A DNA stretch of 64,000 bases from the human T2T-CHM13v2.0 reference genome, Homo sapiens. Positions 17,881 to 30,622 of this stretch are shown one piece after another. The stretch is from assembly GCF_009914755.1 (NCBI RefSeq), contig NC_060941.1; one strand, given 5' to 3'. The notes beneath the pieces were generated by a model. The model was not told the origin of the DNA. It did no database searches and saw only the letters and a list, made by a program, of their open reading frames with translations. Numbering within the stretch: the stretch's first letter is position 1; the number at the start of each line of letters is the position of its first letter. A program made the position numbers and the translations under genes.

Positions 17881-19435
17881 ATTTGTGTCTTGTTTCCTCA
17901 TTAATGTTGGTTGAAAGCATGTTTGCACTTGTCTTTGGCTTGTGTTTTATTAACATTGATTGGCATATTAAAAGCCCCTCTGAGCTTACCTTCTCTAAAA
18001 TAATGTAAGAAAAAAGGCCTGTGGGAAGGACTATGAGGCAGGGGGGCTGGTGTGAGCACATGCAGGGCAGGAGGAAAGAGGTAATGACCAGGACCAGGGA
18101 AATCCCCAAATCCAGCAGGTCAGGGAGCCAAATGAAAGCCTTTCATCCTGTATTGGCCACCTAACCCCATCAACACTCCAAGTGAACATTCTCTTTTAGA
18201 GATACTCATTGTCCTGTTTTTTCTGTAATCTTGTAAAGGAATCTGATTTCTCCCATTAGCCTTTCACAGGACTAAAATTTCACATTAGAATGCTATTCTT
18301 TAGAAGGCATCTTCTTAGATTAGGCTGCAAGGAGATTGAGGAAGTTACTGTCAGTCACTTATACCCCACAGGGACATTAATTCACCAGAGCTTTGGTGGG
18401 GGAGTAGAGGAGCTCACTACAAGCAGGTCTGGGTGCTGCACAGAGTGTAAAGGGGGCAGAAGGATCCAGGACACCTAGGCCTGGAGACAGCGCCAATGCT
18501 GGGAGGTACCGTTATTATCCCCATTTTACAGAGGAGGAAACAGACACAGGCAGGTAATGTGATCAAGACCACGCTGCCCCACAGTACAGGAGCCAGGATC
18601 TAAACCCAGGCAGCCTGCCTTGCCATCAGCGCTCTCACCCATAACCTCGTGCTGCCTTTAAGCAGGATTGCCCTGTGGCCAGGGGCACAGCTTCTGGGTT
18701 CAAATTCCAGCTTCTCTACCATTTCCAGCTGTGCGACCTTGGGCAAGTTAGTTGTCTGTGCTCAGCGTCCTCTGCATAGTGGGTGTAGCAATACCTGCCT
18801 CATGGAGTCCCTTGAGTTACAGCTGTAACATGCTTATAATGATGCCATGCCCATCATCACCATCCACTACATATGGGCCATCATGCCTGAATCCCAGATG
18901 GACACATATCCTTGAAGGGTCTAAAATCTAGGATCCTGAAATGCCTGGCAGTGGGATCCTGAAATCCTCTGGCAGCATTCTAACATATTTTGGCTGCAGA
19001 ATTGTACCCTGTTTCCCAGGGCTAGAAGGTGTGGGATCAGCTGCTTACTCAGTTCAGCCCCAAAGTAGGCAAAGAAGGTTTTGTCACAGGCTTGCCTGGG
19101 GCCCAGCCCCTGTAACTTCCCCTTGTCCCTCCCTTGCATGCTCCCTCACCCATGTTCACACATGCACTCCAGGCCTTCTGGGCCCCAAGGGAAGGAGAGA
19201 GGGTGGGGAGTGGGTTCACTGGTCCACCGAAGCATGCTGCCTTCAGCCCTGCTGCACTGGTGGGTCCAGGGAATGGGCCTGGATCTGAAGGGGTCTTGCC
19301 CTCCCTTTAACTTTAAGCCTTGATTTGCAGTGATCCAAGAGCTTCATCTCTTCCTGTGAGCTTGTCTGGATGTTTATGCTGGATGGCACAGGCCACTTCT
19401 GGCAGGGTGCACAGGTCAGGGCCTGGCTGGCAGCC

Positions 19436-19620
19436 ATAGCAGGTGAGGAGACTTTGGCAGATGAGAAGACCTTCTGCTTCAGCTTCAATGTATTGGTCTT
19501 CTCCTGGCTCTCAGTACATTCCTCCTGAGCCGTGATGGGCCCCAGTTCAATGAAGCCTTCTGTGGCAGCAGCATGGTGTCCAGGGGTATCATCTGGAGCA
19601 TGTGCCAGTGCTACCCCAAG
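19436..19620 (+). pseudogene. BSNDP: BSND exon 1 homolog
   Basis: GCAGCC-ATA (mutated ATG), then [13 protein letters not shown], a frameshift, [15 protein letters not shown]...[12 protein letters not shown] and a GTATGT donor at 19621. Matches barttin MADEKTF...[11 protein letters not shown]. Confidence 0.92.
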
Positions 19621-19751
19621 GTATGTGGTTGTGGGGCTGAATGGAGCCAGAAGGGCTGGATCTTGTACCTCTCTTCCATGTATCAGCCCCATCCTTCAAT
19701 CATCTTGTTATTTTCATTTTGACTCCCTGTTTTATTCTGTCTTCTGAGCAC

Positions 19752-19872
19752 CTATCCATTCATTTATCCATTCATCCATCTATTCATCCATCCATTCATC
19801 CCAGCATCAATCTATCAATCCATGCATCCATCCATTTATTTGTCTAACCACCCACCCATCTATCTGTCTATC
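19752..19872. repeat. (CATC/TCCA)n degenerate tetranucleotide repeat
   Basis: ccatccattcatccatc... run in BSND-like intron 1. Confidence 0.85.
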
Positions 19873-22800
19873 ATTTAGCATAAGGATTGATCAGAAGCCT
19901 CCTGGTTCTGGAGCCATAGACCAGACACCATGGGGAGACATGATGAAAAACAACATATGATTTGTGTGCTTGAAACAAGCTAATGAGTGCTTACCACCTG
20001 CCTGGCAGTCCTGCATTCAGGGTGCAGTTCTCCCCTCATCCTGAGCTTTTTGGTACCTTCTGTAGTTTCATTTTGTACTAGAGAATGCTGAGCCTCATAA
20101 AGTGGGGTCACACAGCTGCGTAGTGGAGTTTGGATTGGAGCTCAGATGTGTGTGATTTCGGCATCACCCTCTGCCTTGAGTCCTCCACTCCAGGGTCTCA
20201 GAGCCACTGAGCATTCTGGGGTTGGTCAGCTCTAACCTTGGTGGCATGCATTGAGCAACTCTCCATATTTTGGAGTCTTAATGTATTCCTAGCCTTAGTG
20301 ATGGCAAGGACCCTGCTTTGGGAGACCTGGGTTCTAGTTCCAGTCCTGTCCCAAATTTTCTGCGTGATCTTTGTCTTTCTGACACAAGAACCAATTTTCA
20401 CAGCCTCATAGGGCTATTACAGAGGTCAGAGAAGAGAAGAGATATACGAATATTAGTAGACTGTAGAGTGTTTTGTTTAGGTGAAGGGCTGTCAGGTCCT
20501 GACAACCCTCTGGAATGAACATGTCAGAAGTTGTAAACCGTCAATGCCCAGAGAGGTGGAGTGCCTCTTCCAAGGTCACATAGCTAGTCAGAGACAGACC
20601 TAGGGGAAAAAAATGAGAGAAACACAGATTCTCACTTGGGCTCTGTCTCTAACTGCCTGGGAGACTGCTCAAGCCCCTTCCCTCTCTAGGCCTCAGTTTC
20701 CTTGTTTTTACAATATGTGAGACAGGATGAGGGGATGGACGGGGATGATATCTGGGGGCCCTGCTAGAACTCACCTCTAGGGCCCAGGCTTGGGAATCCC
20801 CAGAACCCCCATATTGTCCTTTACACCTGGGTGGCTGTGCTCAAGGGCTCAGGGAGGGTGAACTCTTGCGGCCCTGGACTCCCTAGCCCTTCCCCTTCTG
20901 TGGGCCCACCGTGGGCTGTCAGTGTGTTAGGTGCTGGAATGGTCTGAGCTGGTTTGTAGTCATTTCCAAGGCAGTTTTATGGTAACCTCACCTCTGTCCG
21001 TGCCATGTCCTGAGCAGAAGTCCCGGGGAGAAGTCCTGGGGGCCAGAGCCACCCATGTCACCACTAGCCATGGTAGTCCTCTTTCCCGTGAGGAGGCTGC
21101 ACCCTGGGAGATGGCATTGGGTGGAATGGAGCATCTCTCCTGACCTCCCCGTTAAGCAGAGGTGGCTCTGGGACTGTGGGCAGAGATACTGGAGTGGCAG
21201 TGGGAAGCGAAGTGGAGGAGGAAATATTACTGGGTACTAATGAGTCACAGTTGATAGACTCATGGCTTCATGTGCTTTGGAGGCAGTGTGGTGGGGGGCA
21301 GATGGCTTATGTTTTGGTGACCTACAGGCTTACATTCAAATAGCTGTTACCTCATGTTCCACGTCTGTGACCTTGGCAGGGGGAGCTCCTCAACCCCGAA
21401 CCTTGCACAGCTGAGTGGGAGAAACCAGAGGAGTCTTGTGTTGTCAGGGACCTGGCATCATGCCTGGCACAGAGCACTTGCAAAATCTTCATTCTCAAGA
21501 TTGGCATTTGTAGCTCTGGGGGATACACAGAGAGGTCTGTGTATGTATGGGCAGGTACATGTGGATAGGTGTGGGTCGGTTTGTGTGTGTGGGAGTGCAT
21601 GTTTCAGGGACACAGGCTATCAAAGTCAGCACAAGGTGACTCCAATAAGGGAAGGGAAGAAAGCGTATGGTAAACCAGGAAGACACTCTAGAGATGAGGC
21701 TTCCTGCACCCCACATGGTCTGTTGGTGCCTGTGCCATTGTAGCCTTCAGTGCTCATGCTTGTCCTACCCTCAGGGTCCTCCCCTGGATCTCAGTGCCTG
21801 GCCTGTGGAAAGCTTCAGTAAATGGGGAAACATAAATATAAGGGAATATAACTAGCTAATTAGGGTAATTAAGTGAGGAGTAGCCATTTCCAACATGGAT
21901 TAACCTGTCCCTGATTTTTAGGGGCTGGAGGTCTAGTGAGAGAGACAATTTGCGGCATGATGGGGAGGAAGTAGGATTCACAGAGAAGGTGAGCTTGGCT
22001 TTGTAGGTTAAGTAGAAATTCACCAGGCAGAGAAGATGTAGGAAGATGCTCCAGGCAGAAGAGCAACAGGATCAAAGCCATGTGGTGAAAGAACAAGGCA
22101 AGTGGGTCAGCAATGCTACTAGACGGGGAGGGGAACAAGTCAAGGTGGAAATGGAGGGGCCTCAGCTCCTCAGTGCCTGGGGTGTCATGCTAAGGAATTT
22201 GGATCTTACCCTTTAATCAAAAGGACAAGGGAGGGACATGACCAGGTTTGCAGTTTGAGAAAATTGTCAGGCTGATATCTGGAAAGAGGAAGGTCTGGGG
22301 CAGCGAGACCAATGGGAGGCTTCTCTGCTCAGGTGAGAGACAGTGGTCATCTGGATTAGGCAGAATTTGAACCCAAGGCTGTAGGAACTGAGAAGACAGT
22401 TCCAGTTTACCATATGAGGAGTACCTGCTGTGGCTGGCAGGGCACCAGCACTTCTACCCAGATTATCTCATTAAAATTCTAAAGTAGACCTGGTCAGCTC
22501 TGGAAGCCACCTGGGCCTCAGGCATGAGAGAGGAGGAGGAATTCAGGCAAATCTAGTGGGTGGGTGCAGTTGGAGATGCTGAGCCTATTAGCAAAGATGG
22601 GACAGGAAAGTGGGGAGCAGGGAAAGGAGTGGCAGGGAGAGTGAGTCCTTTCCCTGCCTGGCTGCAGCCTTTACCCATGAGCCTCCCATTCCTCATTCCT
22701 GCCAGATCTGCTGGACCCAGGACCAGGACCCTGGCTGGTGTTGAAGGTTCTGTCTCCTCTGTGGGCCTCCCTCCCTCTGCTTCTTCCTTCTGAGGACTGC

Positions 22801-23019
22801 TCAATGTTCTGGCTAAAGAGGAATCTGCATACTCTCCTGCTGATAAATCTTCAAGGATGCCTCTGATTCTCAGCAAAGCCTGAGCTTCTTAGTTTTATGT
22901 TCTGGGGGTCTCCATTGTTTGATATCCCCTCCCCAGCTTCAACTCTGCCTGTTCCTCCGCATCAAAGTACCTGTATTTTAATATGCTATCTCCTCTCCTT
23001 TTCCTCCAAGATTTTCATA

Positions 23020-23489
23020 ATTGTGGTTGTGATGATGATGATGATGGTGAAGATGGTGATGATGAAGGTGGTGATAATGATAGTGATAGTTATGCTGAGG
23101 AGGATGATGATGTTGAGGATGATGGTGAGGATAGTGATGGTGATAATGTTGGTGATGGTGAGGAAGGTGATGGTGAAGGTGGTGATAATGATAGTGATAG
23201 TTATGCTGAGGAGGAGGATGATGGTGAGAATGGTGAAGGTGAGCATGGTGATGGTGATGATAAGGATGGTGATGAGGTGATAATGATGGTGATGGTCAGG
23301 ATGGTGATGGTGAAAATGGTGGTGGTGATAATGAAGATGATGGTGATGGTGAGGATGGTGATGGTGAAGGTGGTGATGATACTGATAATTATGGTGAGGA
23401 TGCTGCTGCTGATGCTGGTGAGAATGGTGAGGGTGAGACTGATGATGATAATGAGGATGGTGATGGTGAGTATGGGGATGGTGATGGTG
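23020..23489. repeat. Degenerate (GAT/GGT)n triplet array, copy 1
   Basis: gatgatgatggtgaagatggtgat...; produces D/G/E-, M/V- and H/I/T-rich pseudo-ORFs. Confidence 0.95.
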
Positions 23490-23540
23490 CACCCCTTGAT
23501 TTGGCAATTCGACATCTAAGAATTGTTCATTTCTTCCAGG

Positions 23541-23668
23541 ATTTTTTTTTTTGAGTCAAGACTTCCCTATGTTGCCCAGGCTGGCCACGAACTACTGGCC
23601 ACGAGTGATCCTCCCACTTTGGCCTCCTGAGTAGCTGTGATTACAGACATGAACCATGGTGCCTGGCT
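23541..23668 (-). mobile_element. Alu monomer (FLAM-like)
   Basis: Single antisense Alu arm with T-tail. Confidence 0.8.
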
Positions 23669-24188
23669 TTACCCTAGGAATTTATCCTGAGGAAGTAATC
23701 AGACAAGTGTGCCAAGCAGTACTTAAAGAAGGGTATTTATTGTTTCATTGATGATAGTAAGTAAGATGTGGGAAAACTGTGAATGTCCAGCAATAAGAGA
23801 TTGGCTAAATAATTGTGCTACAGCTAGGCAAGGGGCTGGCTTATGGCCATTCAGAACACAGACCCTCCTGATTGAGTCAAATCTCCTGTCACTGCTCTCA
23901 CACACCACACACCTCCCTTCTTTTCAGCAAATTACAATTGTAATTTTACATTTCTTTGTGAACCTCTTTGATGACTTTCTGTATCCCTCATTAGATGCTA
24001 AGCTCCATGGAGGCAAGGAGTATACTATGTTCATTGTTGTGTCCTCCATGCCAAGTTAAGTTCCTGGAACACAGTACACTCTCAATAATTTGTTGTTAAA
24101 TGAATGACTGAATCTGTATTTCTTAGTATGGAAAGATGTTTGAAATACGCAATTAAGAGAAGGAGCAGATCATAAAACAGCATGCATA

Positions 24189-24650
24189 CTGTAGTACACA
24201 CTGCTAATTCCCTCCTTTCTTGATCTTCTTTGGGTGACCACATATGCACTCTCAGTCAATAAATTATGATTGATCCAAAGTCAATCATGACAATGCTATT
24301 CTCTACTGCTAGAGATGGTCATGAGATCAGGTTCTGGCCAATCTAAACACAGATTTCCAGACCTAAAGAGAAATCCTCTGGGGGTCACCTCTGAAGTTCC
24401 TGCTTTTCTAATAAGAATACAGAAGTGACTGCTTTTGCTGGCCTTGTAAACTCATGTAGTGGTTGGAGCTGCAGTAGCCGTCTTACAGCCATGAGCTAAA
24501 TTCCAATAAACTCACAAAGATGCTGGGTCTAACATTGTTGAACCAGTGAACCATAGCCAGGAACCATAGATACCCTAACTATGTAAGAAAAATGAACCTG
24601 TCTTTGTTTAAGTGACTGAACTTTCAGATTAATGCACTCCCAACAGATAC
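24189..24650 (+). mobile_element. MaLR LTR (MLT1-like)
   Basis: TG...GATACA ends and the ggagctgcagtagccgtctt and ttgtttaag motifs typical of MLT1. Confidence 0.55.
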
Positions 24651-26224
24651 AGAGCATGATCCCATATATACCTGTATGTGCAAATATAAATAGAAAAATA
24701 AAGTGATTATCTCTGTGTGGTAGGATTCTCCTTCTTTTTTTATTTTATAAAGTTTTCCCAAAGGGCATGTAAATAATAATCAGACAAATATTTCTGTACA
24801 TTCAGAAAATAAACAATGGTACTAATTTTATTTTTAGAAAATAAACTAAATATTGAGGCCCCAGAAGGTAGTTCACTACCATATGATAAGTTAATTAGCC
24901 ACGACCGAGATGAACACTTGTGGGTATCCTGGAGGACAGGTTCTGCAGCAGTGAGAGGTCCCCTCCAGAACAGTATGTGGTTCCAAACTCCTGAGGGAGG
25001 CGGGGCAGACCCCAAGGAAGTAGATGAGAACCTGAGTGAGGCTCTGTGGGGAGAGAGGATGTTCCTCAGCCCTCACGAGGACATGTCAGTTTCACTTGAG
25101 ATTAGGCCCCGGCCTTGGCTGGGCAGCCTGCCAGGCAGGTTCTCAGCAGCATGGGATGATAACAGGAGGAGGGGAAGCCTGGCAAGCTGGGGCAGCTCTG
25201 GGGTTTTCAGGTGGGGCTGTCTCGGGCAGCAACTGTGTTGGCTGTAAACACAGATTTCCAGGAAGCAGAGTGTTGCAATCTCTCCCACCACAAACCTGGA
25301 CCATCAGGGATGTTTCCATAGCAGCATCCATGCCAGTGAGAAATCTGGACATGATCTGTGATCCCCATTCCCACTTTTCCTTTTCTCTTAGAATGGGACA
25401 GAGCAGCCTGGAGGAGCTAGTGTCCTGTAGTGACTCCAGTTTGCTGCTCTCTTCCTTATCTTCTTCCTCCTGCCCTCTGTCTCCTCTGCATCCTTCACCT
25501 TCTACATCAGGAAGCTCAAGTCACCGGGCTGAGCCTGGGCTTCTCATCTAAATCACGGAGTGCCAGTCAATGTCTCCCTTCCTCTTCCCAGGGAGCAACT
25601 TCAATCTTCCCTGCCTGCCATGGGGAGCTAGACCCTGCTCCTTATTCCCTGTGGGACCATCCACAGCCTGTATCCTCACCCCTGTAATGGGACTGCAGTC
25701 CTCCCTGCCCACCTGACAGTGCTAATTCCAGGCCAGGGGAGCTCCTGGGAAAATCACCAGTGTGGGTGACACGGTGGGTGTTTGTGTGTGTGGAGGGGTG
25801 GGGCTGCCACCTGGCCATTTACAGACCCCATCCTTCCTCTCTCCCTGTGCTTGTCGCATGTCAGGAATCCCTCTCCTTTGTGCCACGAAACATAAGGCAT
25901 TTTCAGATCCATCATCTCATTGAGCCTTGCATCTCCTTGGTGAAGTTGGATTTATCGTCACCATTTTACTGATGAGTAAAATGAGGCTCAGAAACGGGAA
26001 AGTCGTTGCCAGAGTTCCGCTGTGGACTTACAGCGGAGCTGGGATTAGGATGCGGGTTCTGGATTCCTGGCGGGGTCCTGGCCCATCTGCAGCTAAGGCC
26101 TGTCTTTCTGCTCCCATGAGGTCCCTTTTCCATTCCTTTCCTCCCCATGACAGCCACTGTCACCACCACCCAGGGTCTGTGCTCACTGTCACATCACCCC
26201 TCGCTGACCCCTGCGTCTGGGCTG

Positions 26225-28670
26225 GAACCCGCCACGCTCCAAGTGGACACCCAGGCCCCATGGTGATACCCAGGTTCCAGGTGGGCACCGGGCCCCAGAT
26301 GAACACCAGGCTCCGGGTGGATACCAGAACCTGGGTGGACACCCAGCTCTGAGGTGGATATGGGCTCCAGGTGGACATCAAGCCTCGGGTAGATATCTAG
26401 TCCCCCGGTGGACATAAGGCCTCAGTTCGACACCAGACCCTGGGTGGATACCTAGGTCTCGGGTGGATGCATCTCCAGCTGAACATCAGGCTCCAGGTGG
26501 ACACCCAGGCCCTAGGTGAACACTAGGTCTTAGGTGGACATTAGGCCCCAAGTGGACACCCAGGTCCCAGGTGGACACCCAGCCTTAACATGGACATCGG
26601 GCCCTAGGTAGACAGCAGGTTCAAGGTGCATATGAGGCTCCCGATAAACACCGGTCCCCAGGGAGACCCTTGTCCCCAGGTGAACAGCAGCACCCAGGAA
26701 GACATCCGCCTCCACCTGCACATCATTCCCCAGGTGTATACCTAGGCCCTATGGGAGCACCAGGCCCCAAGTGAGTACATAGATCCCTGGTGGCCATTAG
26801 GCACCAGGTTGACACCCAGGGCTTAAGTGGACATGAGGCGCCAGATGAATGCTAGTCCCCAGGTGGATAAATAGGCCCCAGGCATACATCAGGTGTGAGG
26901 TCTGTACTCAGTCTTCAGGTGGACACTAGGCCCCATGCAGACACCAGACCCCAGGTGGATACCAGGCCCTATGCAGACACCAGTCTGCAGGTGGACAGCA
27001 GGCCCCAAGAAGACATTATGCCCTGGGTTGACACCTAGGCTTCAGGGCAACACTAGGCCACAAGTGGTCACCTATGCCCCAGGTGGACATCAAGCCTTAG
27101 TGGAATTCCCAGTCGCCAACTGAACATCAGGCCACAGGGGGATGCCCAGGCTCTAGGTGAACACCAGGTCTCGCGTGGACATTAGGCCCCAGGTGGACAG
27201 CAAGCCCCAAGTGAATACCTAGGTTCCTGGTGAACATCAGGACCCAGGTGGCACCCAGGCCCTACACTCAGGCCAAAAGCAGAAATCAGAACATATGTGG
27301 ACACTCGGGGCCCAGGTGGCTATCAGGCCCCAGGTTTATATCACTTTCCTGGTAGACATCAGTACCCAGGTAGATACTGGACTTCAGGTATACATCAGGT
27401 TCCTAGGTGGACACCCAGGCCCCAGGTGGACACCAGCCTACAAGTGGACATCAGACCATAGGAGGACACCTAGGCCCCAGATAGATATCAGACTCCAGAG
27501 GAACACCAAGGCCTCAGGTGGACATCAGGTCCCAGGTTAATTCCAGACCCCAGATGGAACTCAGGCCCCACCTGGACACAAGTCCCTAGGTAGATACACA
27601 GGCCCTGTAGGCCCTGGGGAACATCAGGCCTTAGGTGAAGTTCTAGGCTACAGGTGGACATCTTGCTCCAGTTGGACATCTGGTCCCAAGTGGACATCAG
27701 TCTCCAGGTGGACACAAAGTCCCAAGTTGGACATCAGCCACCAGGAGGACTTTAGTCCTCTGGTGAACACCAGCTCCCAGGTTGACATCAGGCTACAAGT
27801 TGACACCTAGGGCCCAGATGGACATGTGGCCCCATATGAACACTAGTCCCCAGTCAGCTGGGGCCTGGGTCCACCTGGAGCCTGAGGCTTAGCTAGAGAC
27901 TGGATATCCACCTGAGGCCAAGGTATCTACCCAGGGACTGGTGTCAAAGTGGGGCCTGATATCTACCTGGGGACTAGGTATCCACCTGGGGCTTGATGTC
28001 CACTTCCAGCCAGATGACCTTCTGGAGTCTGATGTCCACCACAGGCCGGGGTGTCCATCTGGGGCCTGGTGTTGATTTGGATTCCAGTGTCTACCTGGAA
28101 CCTGGAGCCATGTTGTCCACTTGGAGCCTGGAGTTTTCACCTGGGGCCTGGTAGACATCTGGCCCCAGTAAACATCAGCCTGGGGCCTGGTTGTCCACTT
28201 AGAGCCTGGAGTTTTCACCTAGGGCCTGAAGATCACCTGGGACCCGGGTGTCCACCTGGGACATCAGGCTCCAGGTGTACACCCAGGCTCCAGGGGAGAA
28301 CAGGCCCCAAGAAAACTCCAGACCATATTAAACATCAAGTCTCAGGTGGATGCCCAGGCCCCATGTGTACACCAGGCCCCAGGTAGAGAGTGGACGCCAG
28401 CTGAACATCCGCCCCAAGGTTGACACCCATACTACAGGTGGATATGAGGCCCCAGGTGAATACCTATGCTTCAGATGTGCATCGGTCCCCAGGTGAACAT
28501 AAGGCCACAGATAGACATCAGGCCTCAGGTGCACATCTGGCTCCAGGTAAACATCAGGCCTTAGGTGGATACCCAGTCCCCAGGTGGACATCATAGACCA
28601 GGTTGACACAAAAAAATCCCAGTGGGTATCATGTCCCAGTGGACGTCCAGGCTCCAGGTAAACACCCCAG
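26225..28670. repeat. GC-rich ~18-19-bp minisatellite (approx. CCCCAGGTGGACA(T/C)CAGG) with inverted internal block ~27856-28260
   Basis: Many degenerate caggtggacac/at...aggccc units; the central block reads gggcctgg...gtccacctg (reverse complement). Confidence 0.93.
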
Positions 28671-29127
28671 CCCCACTGTAACCATAACCACTGTAACGAG
28701 AAATGGTAGGTCTAAGTACCAACCATCATGCTCCTTGCTCACAAAAGGATGCTTAGATATTTTATTCAAAATACAACGCCATTCATCACTCTGAGCAGCG
28801 ATGTATAGAAAGGAAAAGAAAAATAAACCAGCCCTCAAGGAATCCATCCAAAATGAGGTAGATACTATAAGGGACAGAAATCCCCAAATGAAATGTTATA
28901 GTTGACATAGAATAGTCTTTAAAACCCATTAATTTTCTCGCACATTTGATACAAAGCATTATTTCCAGAGACTGAACCTAGAAAGAATTGCTTAAGACTA
29001 GGAGTCTTGTTCTGGCCTGGATCCCACACTGTTGAACATCTATACTTAGTACACCACATTATACATAGCACTGACATGACTCGTGTGCATTTAATTTTCT
29101 AATACTTGTTCATCTCTGGCATACTTT

Positions 29128-29192
29128 ATATATATATATATATATATATAACATATGTAACATACATGCATACAAGTACACACACACACACA
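29128..29192. repeat. (TA)n + (CA)n microsatellite
   Basis: tatatatatata...cacacacaca. Confidence 0.9.
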
Positions 29193-29509
29193 AAAAGTAT
29201 ATAAGGGTAGGATAGTAAAATTGTGCAGTAACGTTTCTTGTGAAAGTGGTGGAAAGTGGATTGCCTTGTCGACATGCTGGAATGTGCTTCCATTGGCAGA
29301 AGTAAGGCTTTCAAAACTAGTCGTTTTCATTTTTCTCTAGCAACTGGGAATATTAATAATCGAAGATGTGTTGGTATAAAAATAATCATAATAATCACAA
29401 TGAAGTGGTGTTAATAATTATATCACAAGATATAATAGACATTATAGATATTATAAGATGTCAAAAAAAAGAAGATGCCATAAAATCTTTGAGATGATTT
29501 ATACGTTAA

Positions 29510-30420
29510 ATGCGGCCTTCTGTGCCGCCCTGGGGCGCCACTCTCGCTGGGTTCTTGGCGGTGCTCACCCTACTCCACCTGCTCAGCCCAGGCTCCTGCG
29601 TCCCCAGAGTCAGGCCATGGGAGCGAGGACCTTGCTGCGACCCTAGACAAGGACAATGAGGAGGGGGTGCACGTGGAGTCCCCGCGGATAGGCTGTACGC
29701 CGGGCAGGAGCCTTTGCGGGGGTGCACAGCCTCCTCTGGAAGCCCTGGTTGCTGCCGGGTGCCTGCTGCGCCCTGCGAGCTCCGCGGTTGTGGAGCCAGG
29801 CCTGCACTGCCTGCTCTCGGCCCCGCCTGCGGACCCTCTGCCCTTTGTCTTGCCCGTGGGGCCCGGGGCCTCAGCTGGCCCGGGGTTCCTGAAGTTAGCT
29901 GACGATGGGCTGGCCTCTGGGACTGGGTCGTGGGCCTTGTGCACTGGCCGCCACGTCACCAGCGCCAGGCCTCCCCGCGGTGCTGCTGGAGATGCGGGAT
30001 GCCCGGGCTCTGGCTCTGCTGGGTCCCCTGGCGCTGCGAACCCCGTCACCTTCCATCGCGGCCACCATGCTGCCCGCTGGTCAGCCCTGGTCTGCAGACT
30101 TCCTGGGACCCCTCCGGCACCAAGGAGGCATCACTCACAGCCGCTTGCGACACCGGGGCCGCCTGAACCTCCGCCAGGGCTGCGCCGCGCAAGTGGCTCC
30201 AGCCAGCCAGCCCTGGCCCATGAGCCGGACTTTCGGCTCCCCGAGATGATTGCCCTCGGCAGGGATACACGGCTATGGAGGAGGCAGCGGATACCTTCCA
30301 AAGTTTGTGGACACTCTTCTGCCACACCAAAAGTTTCACCATCAGCTGCGATGCCGACTCGGGCGCAGAGACCACTCCGGGATGTGGACCAGGCAGTGCC
30401 TTTGCTGGGCATCCGCAGTG
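29510..30420. promoter_or_regulatory. CpG island-like segment
   Basis: High GC with many unmutated CpGs, flanked by AT-rich DNA; activity unknown. Confidence 0.65.
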
Positions 30421-30530
30421 CTGACCACCCCAAGTGCAGATCCCCACTTCGTGTTCCTCCTACTCCACATTCCACATCCAAAGTTCTCTCACCATTTCTA
30501 AGCAGGAGAAATCAAAAGAAGCTGAAATCA

Positions 30531-30531
30531 G

Positions 30532-30582
<51 letters not shown>

Positions 30583-30587
30583 TATGC

Positions 30588-30618
<31 letters not shown>
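30531..30618. repeat. (GA)n followed by A30 homopolymer
   Basis: gaaagaaagagagag... 30531-30578; poly-A 30589-30618. Confidence 0.95.

Positions 30619-30622
<4 letters not shown>

Noticed and set aside
22897-23519. Acidic D/E/G-rich 178-aa ORF and His/Ile-rich reverse ORFs
   Set aside because: Several frames are open simply because this is a GAT/GGT triplet repeat; no splice or homology support. The same applies to 36511-37361.
26225-28670. CRISPR-like repeat-spacer array
   Set aside because: Units are contiguous and degenerate with no unique spacers; primate genomic context.
30589-30618. A30 as the tail of a processed pseudogene
   Set aside because: No upstream AATAAA, no TSD and no recognisable parent CDS; better explained as a simple repeat or antisense pyrimidine tract.
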